The notes: a model not told the origin generated them from the sequence alone. DNA of 64,000 nucleotides from Octopus bimaculoides (GCF_001194135.2 NC_068982.1:33388948-33452947); one strand, 5' to 3'. Counted from the stretch's first letter, positions 25,701-38,663 are shown. A program made the numbers and translations.

Positions 25701-26368
25701 CCCGTCAGAGTGTAAGTATCTTGAGAGAAAAGCTGAACATTAGAAGCATCAGTTGTGGTGTACAAGAGAGACGATTGCGCTGGTATGGACATGTGGTGAG
25801 AATGGATGAGGNNNNNNNNNNNNNNNNNNNNNNNNNNNNNNNNNNNNNNNNNNNNNNNNNNNNNNNNNNNNNNNNNNNNNNNNNNNNNNNNNNNNNNNNN
25901 NNNNNNNNNNNNNNNNNNNNNNNNNNNNNNNNNNNNNNNNNNNNNNNNNNNNNNNNNNNNNNNNNNNNNNNNNNNNNNNNNNNNNNNNNNNNNNNNNNNN
26001 NNNNNNNNNNNNNNNNNNNNNNNNNNNNNNNNNNNNNNNNNNNNNNNNNNNNNNNNNNNNNNNNNNNNNNNNNNNNNNNNNNNNNNNNNNNNNNNNNNNN
26101 NNNNNNNNNNNNNNNNNNNNNNNNNNNNTAAAAGACACCATTTCGAGCATGGCCATTGCCAGTATCGCCTGACTGGCCTTCGTGCAGGTGACACATAAAA
26201 GCACTTACTACACTCTCTGAGTGGTTGGCGTTAGGAAGGGCATCCAGCTGTAGAAACTCTGCCAAATTTAGATTGGAGCCTGGTGTTGCCATCCGGTTTC
26301 ACCAGTCCTCAGTCAAATCGTCCAACCCATGCTAGCATGGAAAGCGGACGTTAAACGATGATGATGAT
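25701..26368 (+). mobile_element. Young 5'-truncated RTE LINE insertion (RT C-terminus, gap, 3' UTR, (GAT)n tail)
   Basis: LREKLNIRSISCGVQERRLRWYGHVVRMDE is a typical RTE C-terminal motif. The 3' UTR retains CpG and ends GGACGTTAAACGATGATGATG. Confidence 0.85.
25812..26128. other. Assembly gap (N run) inside the RTE element
   Basis: 317 N. Confidence 1.
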
Positions 26369-27094
26369 ATATATAGTAATATGTATGTTCTAAACTGGAA
26401 AATTCTACATAATTTATTTAATACTCAGAGCTCTTTACATGAAAGCAGATTCTATCTGAAGATCATAACCAGCTAAATATCTATGTATCATACTTAATGC
26501 AGATACACTGTGGATAGGCAAGTTTCTGCAGTTTTTATTCAAGATAAAATCTTTTGTGGAATTGCTGCCTTTAAAATACAATATATAGATTCAGACAAAA
26601 AAAAATTATCACAGCAGAAGCTAGCAAAAACAGCAAATGAATTTCAGCCTTGTTGAGGCTTGTGAACAACATGTATATTCAAGAAGAGAGAGAGTTGTGT
26701 ATATCTTTTGTCAATGCAAACATCAATAAGAAAACTAATAAGCACAATATTTCAAATGCAAATATCTTGGTATTTGTTCTGCATAGGTATTTCCTTGTTG
26801 CTCTCAGCACCAGAAATGCTGTAAATCAATGATTGACTCTGAATACCAGTGGCTAACAACACTATTGTTCACAAATTGCAATAAAACATAGTAATAAATA
26901 AAAACATAGCTTGGATACAGAATAATAATGCAAAGTTATTAGAAACTAAAGTTAAATCTGAGGCAAGCACTGGATGCTTGCCTCAAATTCAGCTTTAGTT
27001 TCAGTTGAACCATCCAATAAAATTGTTGTTCTTAATTGTATAATAAAAAAAAAATACCTTACAACCATTGGAGTTGAACATACCAAGCATATGG

Positions 27095-27292
27095 ATTTCA
27101 TATTTTGGCACAAGGTTAGGAAATACGTCAATTACATTGACACCAGTGCTCAAATGGTACTTATTTTATCGATCCAAAAAGGATGAAAGACAAAAATCAA
27201 CCTAGGTGGAATTTGAACTCAGAATGTAAAGACAGACAAAATACTGCTAAGTAGTTTGCCCAGTGGATCAATGATTCTGCCAGCTTGCCACC
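27095..27292 (-). mobile_element. SINE family C, diverged, just past exon H
   Basis: CpG-decayed family C motifs. Confidence 0.65.
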
Positions 27293-27368
27293 ATGAACAT
27301 ACCAAGAACATTAGCAACAAAAACAAAAAATGAACACACACAATAAAGTAAAAAAAAATACCATTTAC

Positions 27369-27477
27369 CTTCTTAAATTTTTTCCGAGTACTCCCAAATT
27401 TGGCTAGAACATTGGATGATTTTTTCTTTTTTTCTTCATTTTTATCTTTATCCTTTTCATCTTTGAGGCTAGAATAA
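27369..27477 (-). CDS. Coding exon H (109 nt, or 100 nt from a second acceptor; YSSLKDEKDKDKNEEKKKKSSNVLAKFGSTRKKFKK)
   Basis: Acceptor gtattatttttgtattattctag|T, with a second ttattctag 9 nt downstream; donor AAGAAG|GTAAAT. Phase 2 to 0. Inside ORF 27219-27491. Confidence 0.8.
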
Positions 27478-28818
27478 CTAGAATAATACAAAAATAATAC
27501 ATGGATTTTGAATGAGCTTCGTAGTATCGTTGGTTTTTAGCAATAAAGCAAATAATGGGACAGCTCAAGAAAGCTAAAGTTAGAGAGAGTTAGAGCTAGG
27601 GGATGTTGGGGCAGGGGATGAAGGAGAAATGGAGTGGGAGTCAAATTAGTCATATCCTCTACACATTAGCTCTATTTTCAGTGAAGTGTAGCAAATTAGA
27701 TCAAACAAGATTAGCTCGAAGATCATGAACAAGGAATTATTTTTAAATATTTTTCCAATATTATCCTAAAATATAACAATAAGAAAGATTTATAGAAACT
27801 ATGTAGGAGCAATGGATACCAAATCTGAAACTTAATTGAGAAATGATGGAAATAATATTTTAATCCAAGTTAGCAAATATATTATATTTCATTTCCATTA
27901 TGAAATCATCAAAATGACAAATTTGTTATGTTCAATAATTTTTTTGCAATATAATTGCTTTTAGTAAAAGAAAAAAAAATGGCAAATAAAAGGAATATTT
28001 TTTTACCAAATACAAATAAATGTGCTTGGCTGTGTGGTTAGTGAAACCAGATTAAGATCTTCTGAATATGTTTTCTTACACTAATCACTTCCGAAGATAA
28101 AGATGTGTAATCTACATAGAGTTCCTAATAGTAAATGTCATTAAGTTAGTTTCCTATTTCACTTTGCGCAAGACAAATCCCCACCTAATCGAATTTGACA
28201 TTTTTGAAAAAGCACATACATAGAGTAAGGACATTCTACCATCTTAAGTGTTTCATAAAATGTGTATTAGAGCATATTTGTATAATAAAGCAGGTGTTTA
28301 TCAGTTGTTGGTATTTTATTGTATACTATTACTGATATTTAAACAATATTTCAAACTCCAAGGAAGATGGGACCACACATTCTGTCTTGAAGACATTCAT
28401 TCTCCTAAGAGGGTTTGTGTTTCATAAGACCACCATTTATTTATATACTTATTCGAGAACTTTATATATAATGCTATTTAATCCTTTTAATATCAACTCA
28501 TCCAAGACTATGATACAAACTTCCAGTTTGAAATGATCTAAATTAAAACCTATCAAAATTTCATATTAACTTATGTTCCAGACACCAGATTAATAATTCT
28601 TTCTAATTTGGCACAAGGCTAGTAATGTTCAAAATGTACTTATTTTACTAACCCCAAAACAAGGTCAACCTTGGTAACATTTGAGCTCAGAAAGTAAAAG
28701 AAGAAGAAATGCTGCTGAGCATTTTGCCCAGCATGCTAATGATTCTACCAGCTTGCCACCCGAGATACTAGATTAATAACGACAAAGTTATTTTACTAGA
28801 TGTTTTCATTATTTTCAA

Positions 28819-29026
28819 TATTCTTTTCTACTCTAGGCACAAGGTTCAAAAGTTTTGAGGAAGGGGGGGGGGGCCAGTCAATTAGATCAACCCCACTATG
28901 CAACTGGTTCTTAATTTAACGACCCCGAAAGGATGAAAGGCAAAGTCGACCTCAGCAGAATTTGAACTCGGAATACTGCTAAGCATTTCGCCCAGTGTGC
29001 TAACGTTTCTGCCAGCTTGCGGCCTT
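28819..29026 (-). mobile_element. SINE family C, young
   Basis: Same structure; CpG retained. Confidence 0.8.
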
Positions 29027-29099
29027 TGAAAGAAGGCAATGTATTTCAACAGAAACATAGTAACAGAAGTGCATTGTATCTCATAGTTCATGTATTCAA

Positions 29100-29460
29100 A
29101 CTTCACAAACTGTATTAGTCTATTCTTGAGACTGTTTAATAAGGTGACAGGGTTAATGGAATATGGAACAGAAGTTAATGAGAAAATAAAAGATATATGG
29201 AAAACTGGGGAAAGTGACACTCTTCAGTTAGTGTTTATACCAGAACTTGGGAACACATGTTATATTTCTGAAGAAACAACTTCAAGAGAAGTTCTTAACA
29301 AAGAACGACTTTACTTTGCACTAGCTAACATGGAGAAAGCTTTTCTAGAGTACCACAAATGGTAATCTGAAGAATGTTGAAAAAAATTAAGTATAGACAA
29401 TTGGCTTGTGCAAGCTTGTTCAAGCCTTGCACAATACTGCTGTAAGTAAGGATAGGGTTA
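29100..29460 (+). mobile_element. RTE-clade LINE reverse transcriptase fragment, cut at its right end by a young SINE
   Basis: GLMEYGTEV..QLVFIP..LYFALANMEKAF..RVPQMVI..LSIDNWLVQ resembles RTE KLLEHxMKV..QFGFxP..LYxAFVDLEKAFDRVPR..GVxEWLV. Confidence 0.65.
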
Positions 29461-29670
29461 CTCTTTACTTGTTTCAGTCATCTGACTGCGGCCATGCTGG
29501 AGCACCGCCTTTAGTCGAGCAAATCGACCCCAGGACTTATTCTTTGTAAGCCTGGTACTTATTCTATCGGTCTCTTTTGCCGAACCGCTAAGTTACAGGG
29601 ACATAAACACACCAACATCGGTTGTCAAGCGATGTTGGGGGGACGAACACAGACACACAAACATACACAC

Positions 29671-29755
<85 letters not shown>

Positions 29756-29917
29756 TATACGACAGACTTCTTTCAGTTTCCGTCTACCAAATCCACTCAC
29801 AAGGCTTTGGTCGGCCCGAGGCTATAGTAGAAGACACTTGCCCAAGGTGCCACGTAGTGGGACTGAACCCGGAACCATGTGGTTGGTAAACAAGCTACTT
29901 ACCACACAGCCACTCCT
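29461..29917 (-). mobile_element. Family A SINE, full length, young
   Basis: Same structure as 9975-10333 with CpGs retained. Confidence 0.85.
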
Positions 29918-32899
29918 AGAAATTATAAGGTAAAACTGAGCTCCATGCAAACAAACAGTTGCCGTAAAGTCTTTGCACCTAAACTAGCTTTAGGTATCTT
30001 TTTGTATTAAAATGTACAAAATTCTTAAATTTCATTAACGCTATTATTTACCTGCTGGAAATTAACATAGAGTGGAAATTCTTCGCCAATTCCTTTTTAT
30101 CACTGTTTTTACGAGGCTCTACTGCTTCTTTATTGATTTCTGCAACCTCATCTATTTCTTCAAACTCCTGTTGCCGTCGAAATTTTCTGGAAAATTTTTA
30201 AGAATATTTTTTTTTATATTCTTACACATATGTGTATAGATGTGTATGTGTAAATTATACACATACACATGTGCATATACAGGCTAACACATACACACAT
30301 ACATATAGTATCAAACAGTATTGTGAAATGTAGCAAACAAATAAATGACGTTTATGAAATGTGGACACCAAGATATAAAATTACAAAAGCTGCAGCAAAA
30401 CCAGTGACTACAATAATAATTGATAGGAAAGAAACTTTAAATCTATTCTAGAACAAAATTCAATCCTGCAAGAAATGAAATGTTACAGGAATGTTCTTCA
30501 AAACCCTAGAATGGAGAAAAGGAAAATCATTAAAAAAAAAAAAAAAATAATTAATAGCATTTTTCTATTTTATTGAATATTTGGTTGGTAAAATACCAAC
30601 AAGAATACTTCTAGTGAGTAGCCCAACATGCTAGAAATAACAGTTGAACGTTTCTAAATCACAATGTAGTATCTTACAAAATAGCACATATATTTGCTGG
30701 TCTTCAATATTTAAAAAGGCAGGATGTTCACAATTGGAATGCTGTTGATCATAGGCCTATACTACTAATACTGAACCTTCTACCTTTTGAGTATCCGATT
30801 AACACAGATATATGTCCACAAACTTCTATATCTCTTTGTAGGCTTCAAAATATAACAAGAAATTATGTCGACATAATTCTAAAACTGAAGAACTCTATAT
30901 TTCCCAAAGCAAATGTTCCATAGGTAAAGATAATGGAGCAATTAAAGATGAACTAATCAGGATACTACTACATAATCACTAAGTTGCTTGGAAATAATAG
31001 CTAAATCTCCTTCAAATCATACCCTAGCATCTTAAATAGGGAAATAATGCCTCAGATAATACAGTCCTCTTTAGTCATAAAAGAGATGTTGGATTGCCTT
31101 TGATCACAGATCTGTTTCCTCTGAGAAGACTTTGGGTTAAAGAAAATCTACCAATTATGGATGTTGTAAAGTTTGTTGTGTTTTTTTCCCCACTAAAATA
31201 TATATAACGTTAATTATAAAACTTTTAAAGTATATTAATTGATAAAATTATTCATAAAAAAACAATGTTATTATTTCAAAATAGTGTTTCTTCTTTATAT
31301 TGAGTATTCACTCTTGGAAAAAGATCTTTGTTGTAAAGAAATAAACCTAGTGAATGCCAGTTTTAAGCCTCTAGCACTTAAACCATAAATTTTAGTAAAT
31401 GTAATAACACTTATAATTGCATGAAATATACTTGATAATGCAACAGAAGTAAGTCAATTTGAAACCAAACTAGAAATCTCCCAGATACCAACCTGACACT
31501 GAACTTTTAATATCATGACAACCACAGATCTGTATTTTTAAATAATTACAAAAAATAATTGCTTTCTTCCTCAATACAAGAAAAAAGTATGTCTGTGAGA
31601 AAGTTCTTTGACAGGAATAAATTTAGATTCACATATACAAAGGTTTGAATTTTGATAGACTTGATTCTATTACTGTAAAAAACTACCTGCAGAGTATTTT
31701 CCAATTACCAAAATTACTACCAAAATGTGTGTGAGTGTGTTTAAGAGATAAAGGAAAAAAGGAGAGACAGAATATGTTTCCCTTTGTGGGAAATATTGGA
31801 GAATACATTATAGGTACATTTCTGTTTATCCTTACTATTCTAGGAAAGGGTTACATTACCCTAAATATCAGGACTAATTAGATATTTCTACAGTATAATT
31901 CTATAGTACTTGTAAATGTCATTATTTATACTTAATGCTTAATCTGCATTCCTATAGCCTTCTATGACACACTGATTTTATATATATATAGCTTTCATTA
32001 AAACCAGAGATGAAAGGAATTTTTATTTCTTGTAACATGTTTTAGAACAACAAAAAATGAGGAATCTTAGCTGAATTTTTAAAAAAATAAAACAGAAAAA
32101 AGTAAATAAATTTCAAGACATGAAAGAACTATTCAAAATGACATTTACAGATAATGATTGGTTTTCTGTTTTAAAATAATTTACAAACATCAGTGAATAA
32201 TTAAGAAGGCACAACAAATATAAAAAAAAGTGATAAAAATCAGAGTTGTGGGACTTTACGCAGATCAGAATGGAGACAGAAAGTAAAACACTAACAACGG
32301 ATCAGATATACAAAAAAGTGTACAGGAGAATTAGGGGGAGGGGAATTTTCTCAATAATTAAAATGTTAGAAACTGTACATATTCTTTTTCTTTCTTTACA
32401 GAATAAAATGCAATGAAGACTGCCAGGCAATGAATAACAACAGCAAACAGATTAAAGCATTGTGTATCAAAACAGAATAGTTAGTAAAACAAACAAAAAA
32501 AGGAGATGTTAATACTAGTAATTCTTTTTCAGAGCAAAGCAAAGTACATAGATCTACAAATAGTAACATGTAAACATTGGGTTGAAAAACCTTTCTGGAT
32601 AGAAAAAGTTGAAGGCTGCCTACGCCCAATATTCACATGCTATTATTTATAGCCTTATGTGCTTTCAGATCCACTGTTTCAAAAAAGAATTATTTCATGT
32701 TCCCTTGAAAGTTTATAAAATCTTGTGGCATCAACAATATAAATGCTAGTGCTTGAAAAATTGGAAATTAAATGATAAATGCAATGTTATCAAATTGCCA
32801 TTATTAATACTGTCAGGATTGTTATTAGGAAAATGTATGTGTTTGAGATAAGAGTTCTTGCTTTATAGTTTGGAGAAAGGAGTTTTGTCTATGGCATTT

Positions 32900-33709
32900 G
32901 CAAACCCTCTGATATTAGTGTTGATGCCGTTAACATTCCAGTAAAGCTGTTCAAGATGACAGTTGCAGGAAAAACAAGTGCAGGCAAGGAATTCCTGAGA
33001 ATCAACATTCTGGGAAAGAAGAACTGGGTATAGTTGTTAGGGGAGTGGGCTGAGGAGGGGTTGACAGTAATATGGGTAACAAGAAGAAGAGAGCCTAAGT
33101 GGAAAGGGACTAGAAGTCATAGTAATAGCAATAGAAAAGACAGAGAAAGACAAGACATCCTAGTACCAGAGGTTGAAGTGTGTTTTGAAATGATTTTAAG
33201 TTAATCAGTTGAGTGGCCATTCTTGGGATGAATTTTGCAGAATGTTAGTACTGTATATTCTGGTATACAAGTCAAATTTCCCATCCCAAATTTTACAACC
33301 AGAAGTGGTAGGTGGGCTTCTATATCAAGAGAACTTTGGAAGACCAAACATTCCATGTGAAATACAACAGAATATGGAAAGATAGTGACACTGTTTGGAC
33401 ATTTACACTACATGTTTAAACTATATACAATGTCAGCTTGTATACTTGAAAGCTCAGTAGTTGTTAGGAATTGAAGTATTTTCTGATTTTGAAGGAGAAG
33501 ACCAGTCATTGAGATGTTATCTTTGCTATGTTGAAGATGAGCTTTCATCAGAAGAAATCATGAGGAGTGGTGAGACTTAGAAATTTGATGTGATGGAAAG
33601 GGTTTTGGTTGTAAGTGTCTAGAAGGAGATGGTGAAATTCAATGTTTTCTTTATGAGTACATTAACAATGTATTTTTGCACTTTTGAAGTTGATGCAAGA
33701 TATTTGCTC

Positions 33710-33759
<50 letters not shown>

Positions 33760-34960
33760 CATAGAGCTATTGTAAATTTGGTGTGTTGTCTAATGTAGAT
33801 GTTACTTCAGAAGGTTACAGAGAAACGACAGAGGTGGTAATGTTAGTGGTGACATTAAATAGGTCACTGATGCAGAGAAGAATGAGTGTGGTGAGGATAG
33901 AACTGAATCCAGTGACACACCAGTTTATAGGGAGTGGGTCAGAGGGAGCTCGACCTGCACACTGTAAGAGTGTCATCATCTGACATGAGGCCATCAATCT
34001 AAGAGATGCAAGATGATTGAAACCAATCAGCAGGTGTTTTGAAAGGATATCTGCATGCCAGCCATGGTCAAAAGTACTGCTGATACCAAGAACAACACTA
34101 TTTTCACTAGATTTCTAAAGTACAGAAGCTGTTCGGTGAGTAACAGAGCAGAGCAGATCACTAGTAGATCTGGTTTTGCAAAGCCATCCTGGTGATCATA
34201 AATGAATGAGAGAGAGAGAGAGATTCAAGGTGATGGAGAAGGATGTGATTGGCTAAGAGGAGGGCAGTAGTTTTCAGGATCATAGGAGTTTTGTTTCTTG
34301 GAGATGAGATACATTGTAGTACATCTCCAAAGATATTCTCTACTGAGAGAGAATGAAGAGGTTGGTAAGAATAGGGGCTAGTGTTGGCATAGGCAAGTAG
34401 AGATGATAGGCACAGAGACAGTTTTGGTATAATAGAGGTCAAATTTGGAGGTCGTAAAAAAGTGATCAATGACATTAGCAGTGTCTGTGTGTTAGTCAGG
34501 AATGAAACTAGTTAATGTAGAGAGTTGAGGATTACAAAAGATTCAGTTTCTGCACTGGTAGTATGTGTATATGAGGCATTTGAGCTTAGAAGAGGTGTGA
34601 AAATTTCAGCCACCAAAAATGATGATTTTCGAAACAGATAAAGCAAGATAATTGTCCTCAAAGCAGGAAGAGATATGATTAAAGAATTTATAGTAGTTGG
34701 AGAAGTCTAGAAGCTGTAGAGGAAGTGGATATATTTAGTAGAGTTATGGAGGGAGATTTTGTTGCTAATATCCAGCTGAGGAGTAAATGGTGACAAGAGT
34801 GGAATCTGCATATGTGCAGACATCATTTTTCAGAGTGATATTTGGAAAGCAGGTTGGGTTGAGAGCAGTTAAGAGCTGAAAGATTCATAGCTCAGAAAGG
34901 AACAGGAATTTGTGATTTGTTAGAGGTGATGTGATGCTAGATCAGAGTCATGTGCATGAG
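32900..34960 (-). mobile_element. Heavily decayed CR1/Jockey-group non-LTR retrotransposon (endonuclease and RT remnants)
   Basis: Minus-strand remnants resemble HQxGF..RSTxDLL, STFDHGWHADILSK (cf. SKAFDxxWH), INxGVxxGSVL..LILLCISDL (cf. GVPQGSVL..INDL) and NVIDHFFT (cf. LDLFLT). Many indels; interrupted by (GT)n at about 33712-33757. Confidence 0.65.
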
Positions 34961-35792
34961 ACAAAAGGAGCTTATATTAGAAACATTTATTTGAACAATT
35001 CCAGTTTATTCTCAATGGATGCCTAATATTATAAATCTTTTTGTATGGTTTTAAACATTTAACAGTTCAATGATATATTGAACTAAGCAGTAACATTTAT
35101 TCCTTAGCATGTTGTGCAGAATCAGTAGGACACAGTGTATGATAAGGTTGTACTTTGGAATTATTGATACAATCCATTTGATAAGTTTCTGTATAGTTTC
35201 CATAAACCTAATTTTCTTTACAAGGCTTGGATTGATCTGAGACTGTGGTAAGAAGGAAAAAAAAACCCACTACCCAAGACACCACACAGTGGGATTAACC
35301 CCCAAGGCCTCGTAATTGTGAGATAAACTTCTTAACCATGATGTGTTCATACACTGTACCATATTTTCTGACATACATGACAAACTTTTGACAGCCAAAA
35401 GAGACATATTGACTTATACTCCATGATAACTTTGAAGGACCAAATATTCCATGTAAAATGCAGCCTAATTTGGAAAGATGGTGATGTTGTTTGAATGCTT
35501 ACAAGTTTACACTATAAACTATGTTGACTTATATATATGCCAGAAAATATGCTAAGTACTTTCAAAGCCCCACCTTTTTTTATAGTTATTTAGCTGTCTC
35601 CTATAAACAAAAGTAATTCATATGTATATTTATTATTTCTCACCCACTGCAACCCCCTAATAATTTCAGAAATTATTTCAGTATTTTACATTTAAGGAAC
35701 CCTCAATGCTGTATTCTAGTCCTCTTACCAAAAGATCTATGTTATTCCCTTATTTATAACTTTCAACAACAAAGTTAGAGAAATTTATACTT

Positions 35793-35922
35793 TTAAACTG
35801 AAAGCCAGCCACCAGTATGAGGAATATTTGAGCCGTTAATGCCATTGCTATAATAATTTGTCTTCTTGTGAATTTTGATATTGCTCTCCAAGCTGTTACC
35901 ATCTACATACAAAGAATCAGGT
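35793..35922 (-). CDS. Possible alternative terminal exon (E-PDSLYVDGNSLESNIKIHKKTNYYSNGINGSNIPHTGGWLSV*)
   Basis: Phase-2 acceptor gctttcttaaaatacag|A, compatible with the F and G donors. 43 codons to TAA. Confidence 0.3.
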
Positions 35923-35939
35923 CTGTATTTTAAGAAAGC

Positions 35940-35973
<34 letters not shown>

Positions 35974-35984
35974 TTGATGATGAT

Positions 35985-36450
35985 GACGACTGTGTATTGG
36001 TTGATGTGAACATCTCTTGTGATCATAATATTGCAGTAAAAGAATTTGACAAGTTGAGAAAATATAAAGATTTGCTCATTGAAATAAAAAAAAAAAATTG
36101 ATATCTCAAGTCTGTTACAATACCAGTGATTGAAGGAGCACTAAGAATAATTAAAAAAGGAACTAAAAGTTATTTGAGAATGATCCCTGACTTACCATCC
36201 CTGTAAGAAGTGCCAAAAACTGTTTTAACTGGTACATACTGAAAAGAGCATTGTTGCTGTGAGAAAAATAACCTTCCTGTTTTTTTCTTTACACTTTGCT
36301 TGATTTTGTAAATGAACAATTTCATGAGTTTAATTTTAATATCCTATTAATGTATATCATGATTTTCTTTCCCTTAGGTATTGGGAAGGCACACAGCAAG
36401 AAATGGAAACATAATTGAAGGAAGAAGAAAAATCTCTTAATAATAATGTA
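35985..36450 (+). mobile_element. 5'-truncated Dong/R4-like non-LTR fragment (restriction-like endonuclease C-terminus plus 3' UTR) between (AAT)n runs
   Basis: Translates CVLVDVNISCDHNIAVKEFDKLRKYKDLLIEIK..TIPVIEGALRIIKKG..YLRMIPDLPSL..KTVLTGT, matching the REL motif pattern. (AAT)n lies on both sides. Confidence 0.7.
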
Positions 36451-37278
36451 ATATTTTCACTCAAAAACAGATTTACAATACAGCATCAACATTTTCTCTA
36501 GAAAAAGGACTTTCAGTAAGATATTAGTACTCTAAAACTACATCATTTCACTGCAAAGGTAAGCACAGAAGAAAATGGACAAAGAAAAAGACAACTAGGT
36601 TAATAAAAAATAATTCTAGTAAGCAGAAAATATATGAGTTCTATATTAATGCTTTTACTACATATAAAGGTAAAATGTATGACAAAGTTCCATATGGAAT
36701 TTTAAGGCTGAAAGCATTAGTAACTGTTAGAAATCAGATTTTAACAGCACATCACATGTTTTTGGTTTCAATTTTATGTAATTTTAACAGTTGATAAGAA
36801 CAAAAACTAAATTAAGGAAACATAGGAAGTAAGAAATAGATACAGAAAAAATACAGTAAACCACTAACAAATTTCCATCATGAAAACCAATCTTTTTGGG
36901 TGTACATGTTTGTACATATTTATGTATGTGTGTGTGTGTATGTATATATGTCTGTATATAGGATGAGTTATGATAAAAACAATCTAACATTAAACTGAAA
37001 AATTACTCAATACTTTTTGTAAAGTAAGTATTTAGAAGACTTTTATAAGAAGAGGGATGAAAAGAAGAGTGACTTCAAAGTTTCAGCCTGCTGGCCATTG
37101 TCCGTCTATCTAGCAAGTAAAACTTCAAAGTCACCATTAACCCACTTCTTCTGAAAATACAATTGCATGTGTGTATATGTGTATAAACACACACACACAC
37201 ACACATATTTCACTTAGGCATTGCATGAGACTCTTGACCATGGAGTTACTCTGTAACTTCTACCAATTAACAATAATA

Positions 37279-37636
37279 ATAATAATCCTTTCTACTAAAG
37301 GCACAAGGACTGAAATTTTGAAGGAAGGGGGAAGTCGATTACATTGACCCAGTACTTGACTGGTACTTAATTTATCAACCCCAAAAGGATGAAAGGCAAA
37401 TTCAACCTTGGCAGAATAATAATAATAATAATCCTTCCTACTATAGGCACAAGGCCTGAAATTTGGAGAGAGGGGACTAGTCAATTACACTGACCCTAGT
37501 GTTTCACTGGTACTTAATTTATTGACCCCGAAAGGATGACAGGCAAAGTCGACCTAAGTGAAATTTAAACTCAGAACATAAAGAATGCTACTAAGCATTT
37601 TGCCCGACATACTAAGGACTGTGCCAGCTCGCCATC

Positions 37637-37638
<2 letters not shown>
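37279..37638 (-). mobile_element. Two head-to-tail family C SINEs separated by (AAT)n
   Basis: Copies at about 37279-37413 (truncated) and 37426-37638, with (AAT)n between them and on both sides. Confidence 0.75.
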
Positions 37639-37669
<31 letters not shown>

Positions 37670-38021
37670 TATTCATTTAACTCCCAGTCACTATAATAAG
37701 AGAAGAAATCTGTTGTAGTTGTAACACTAATAATGTAAAGTAGCATTTCAGTAGAAATTGCATATTTTATTTCTTTCTTTCCTTTTTTTTTAATCTGGTT
37801 TTCGTTTTCATGTTGTCAAAAACTGTATAAAACAAGGAATACAAACATGCTAACATTAAAATACTTTGGAAAAAGATCAATTCACAATACCAGTGTAACT
37901 GAGTGCCAAAGAAATATTAAATAAACACAACTCAGTACAGACTTAGTATACAACTTGCAGAAAAAAAAGTGCAGTTAATCTGCAAATGATGCAAAACATT
38001 CTTTTATTCCAGTATCCTTGG

Positions 38022-38121
38022 TTATTGCATTGCAAAATGTAAGCATTGAGTTCGAGTTTGGTCTCTTCGTGGATTATCTGTCCTTGAATTGTAGGCAGTG
38101 ATCATGCTATTGGTGTGACAG
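38022..38121 (-). CDS. Possible alternative terminal exon (D-CHTNSMITAYNSRTDNPRRDQTRTQCLHFAMQ*)
   Basis: Phase-2 acceptor gtatttaag|C (weak tract). 33 codons to TAA, with minus-strand AATAAA at 38003-38008 just after the stop. Confidence 0.25.
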
Positions 38122-38454
38122 CTTAAATACTTATTACAAAATAGATGTGTTCAAAAGCTAAGGACTGTGCACAATGATGTCATATACAATATCAGATTGT
38201 TTCCCCCCATCACCACCACCATCACTAAGTATAGGTAATTAGCACAATAATAATATTTTATTAATAACAGTATATAATGTAAATATATTGATTTGCTTTG
38301 TAAATGGAATGGTGTCAGTTTCTCAACTGATGTGTATAAAATCAAATGGCATTTTGTTTCAGTTCTTCAAGAGCATAATACACCACTTCGAAGTATCAGC
38401 TAATGTAGCAGCAGCAGCAGCAGTAGTAACAGTAGTAGTAGTTATAATAATTGT

Positions 38455-38662
38455 GTAAACTTTTTGGCACAAGGCCAGCAATTTCACTGGAATGGGGGCT
38501 AGTCAATTACATCAATCCCAGTGCTTGACTGGTACTTAACTTATTGACCCCAAAAGGAGGAAAGGCAAAGTTGACCTTAGAAGAATTTTGAACTCAATAT
38601 TTAAAAACACCGACATGCCACTAAGCATTTTGTCCAGGGTGCTAATTCTGCCATTTTACTGC
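38455..38662 (-). mobile_element. SINE family C, diverged, head abutting (AAT)n
   Basis: Family C motifs followed by an (AAT)n run of about 55 bp. Confidence 0.7.
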
Positions 38663-38663
38663 C

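Larger units (their letters stand above)
25562..26509. repeat. 116-bp direct repeat pair (25562-25677 and 26394-26509) flanking the RTE insertion
   Basis: The copies are identical except for 3 substitutions (gatcacgacc/gatcataacc; atcacact/atcatact). Confidence 0.85.

Noticed and set aside
29860-29917. tRNA-like A/B-box sequences at SINE heads
   Set aside because: They are followed by SINE bodies and do not form a full cloverleaf, so they are not tRNA genes.
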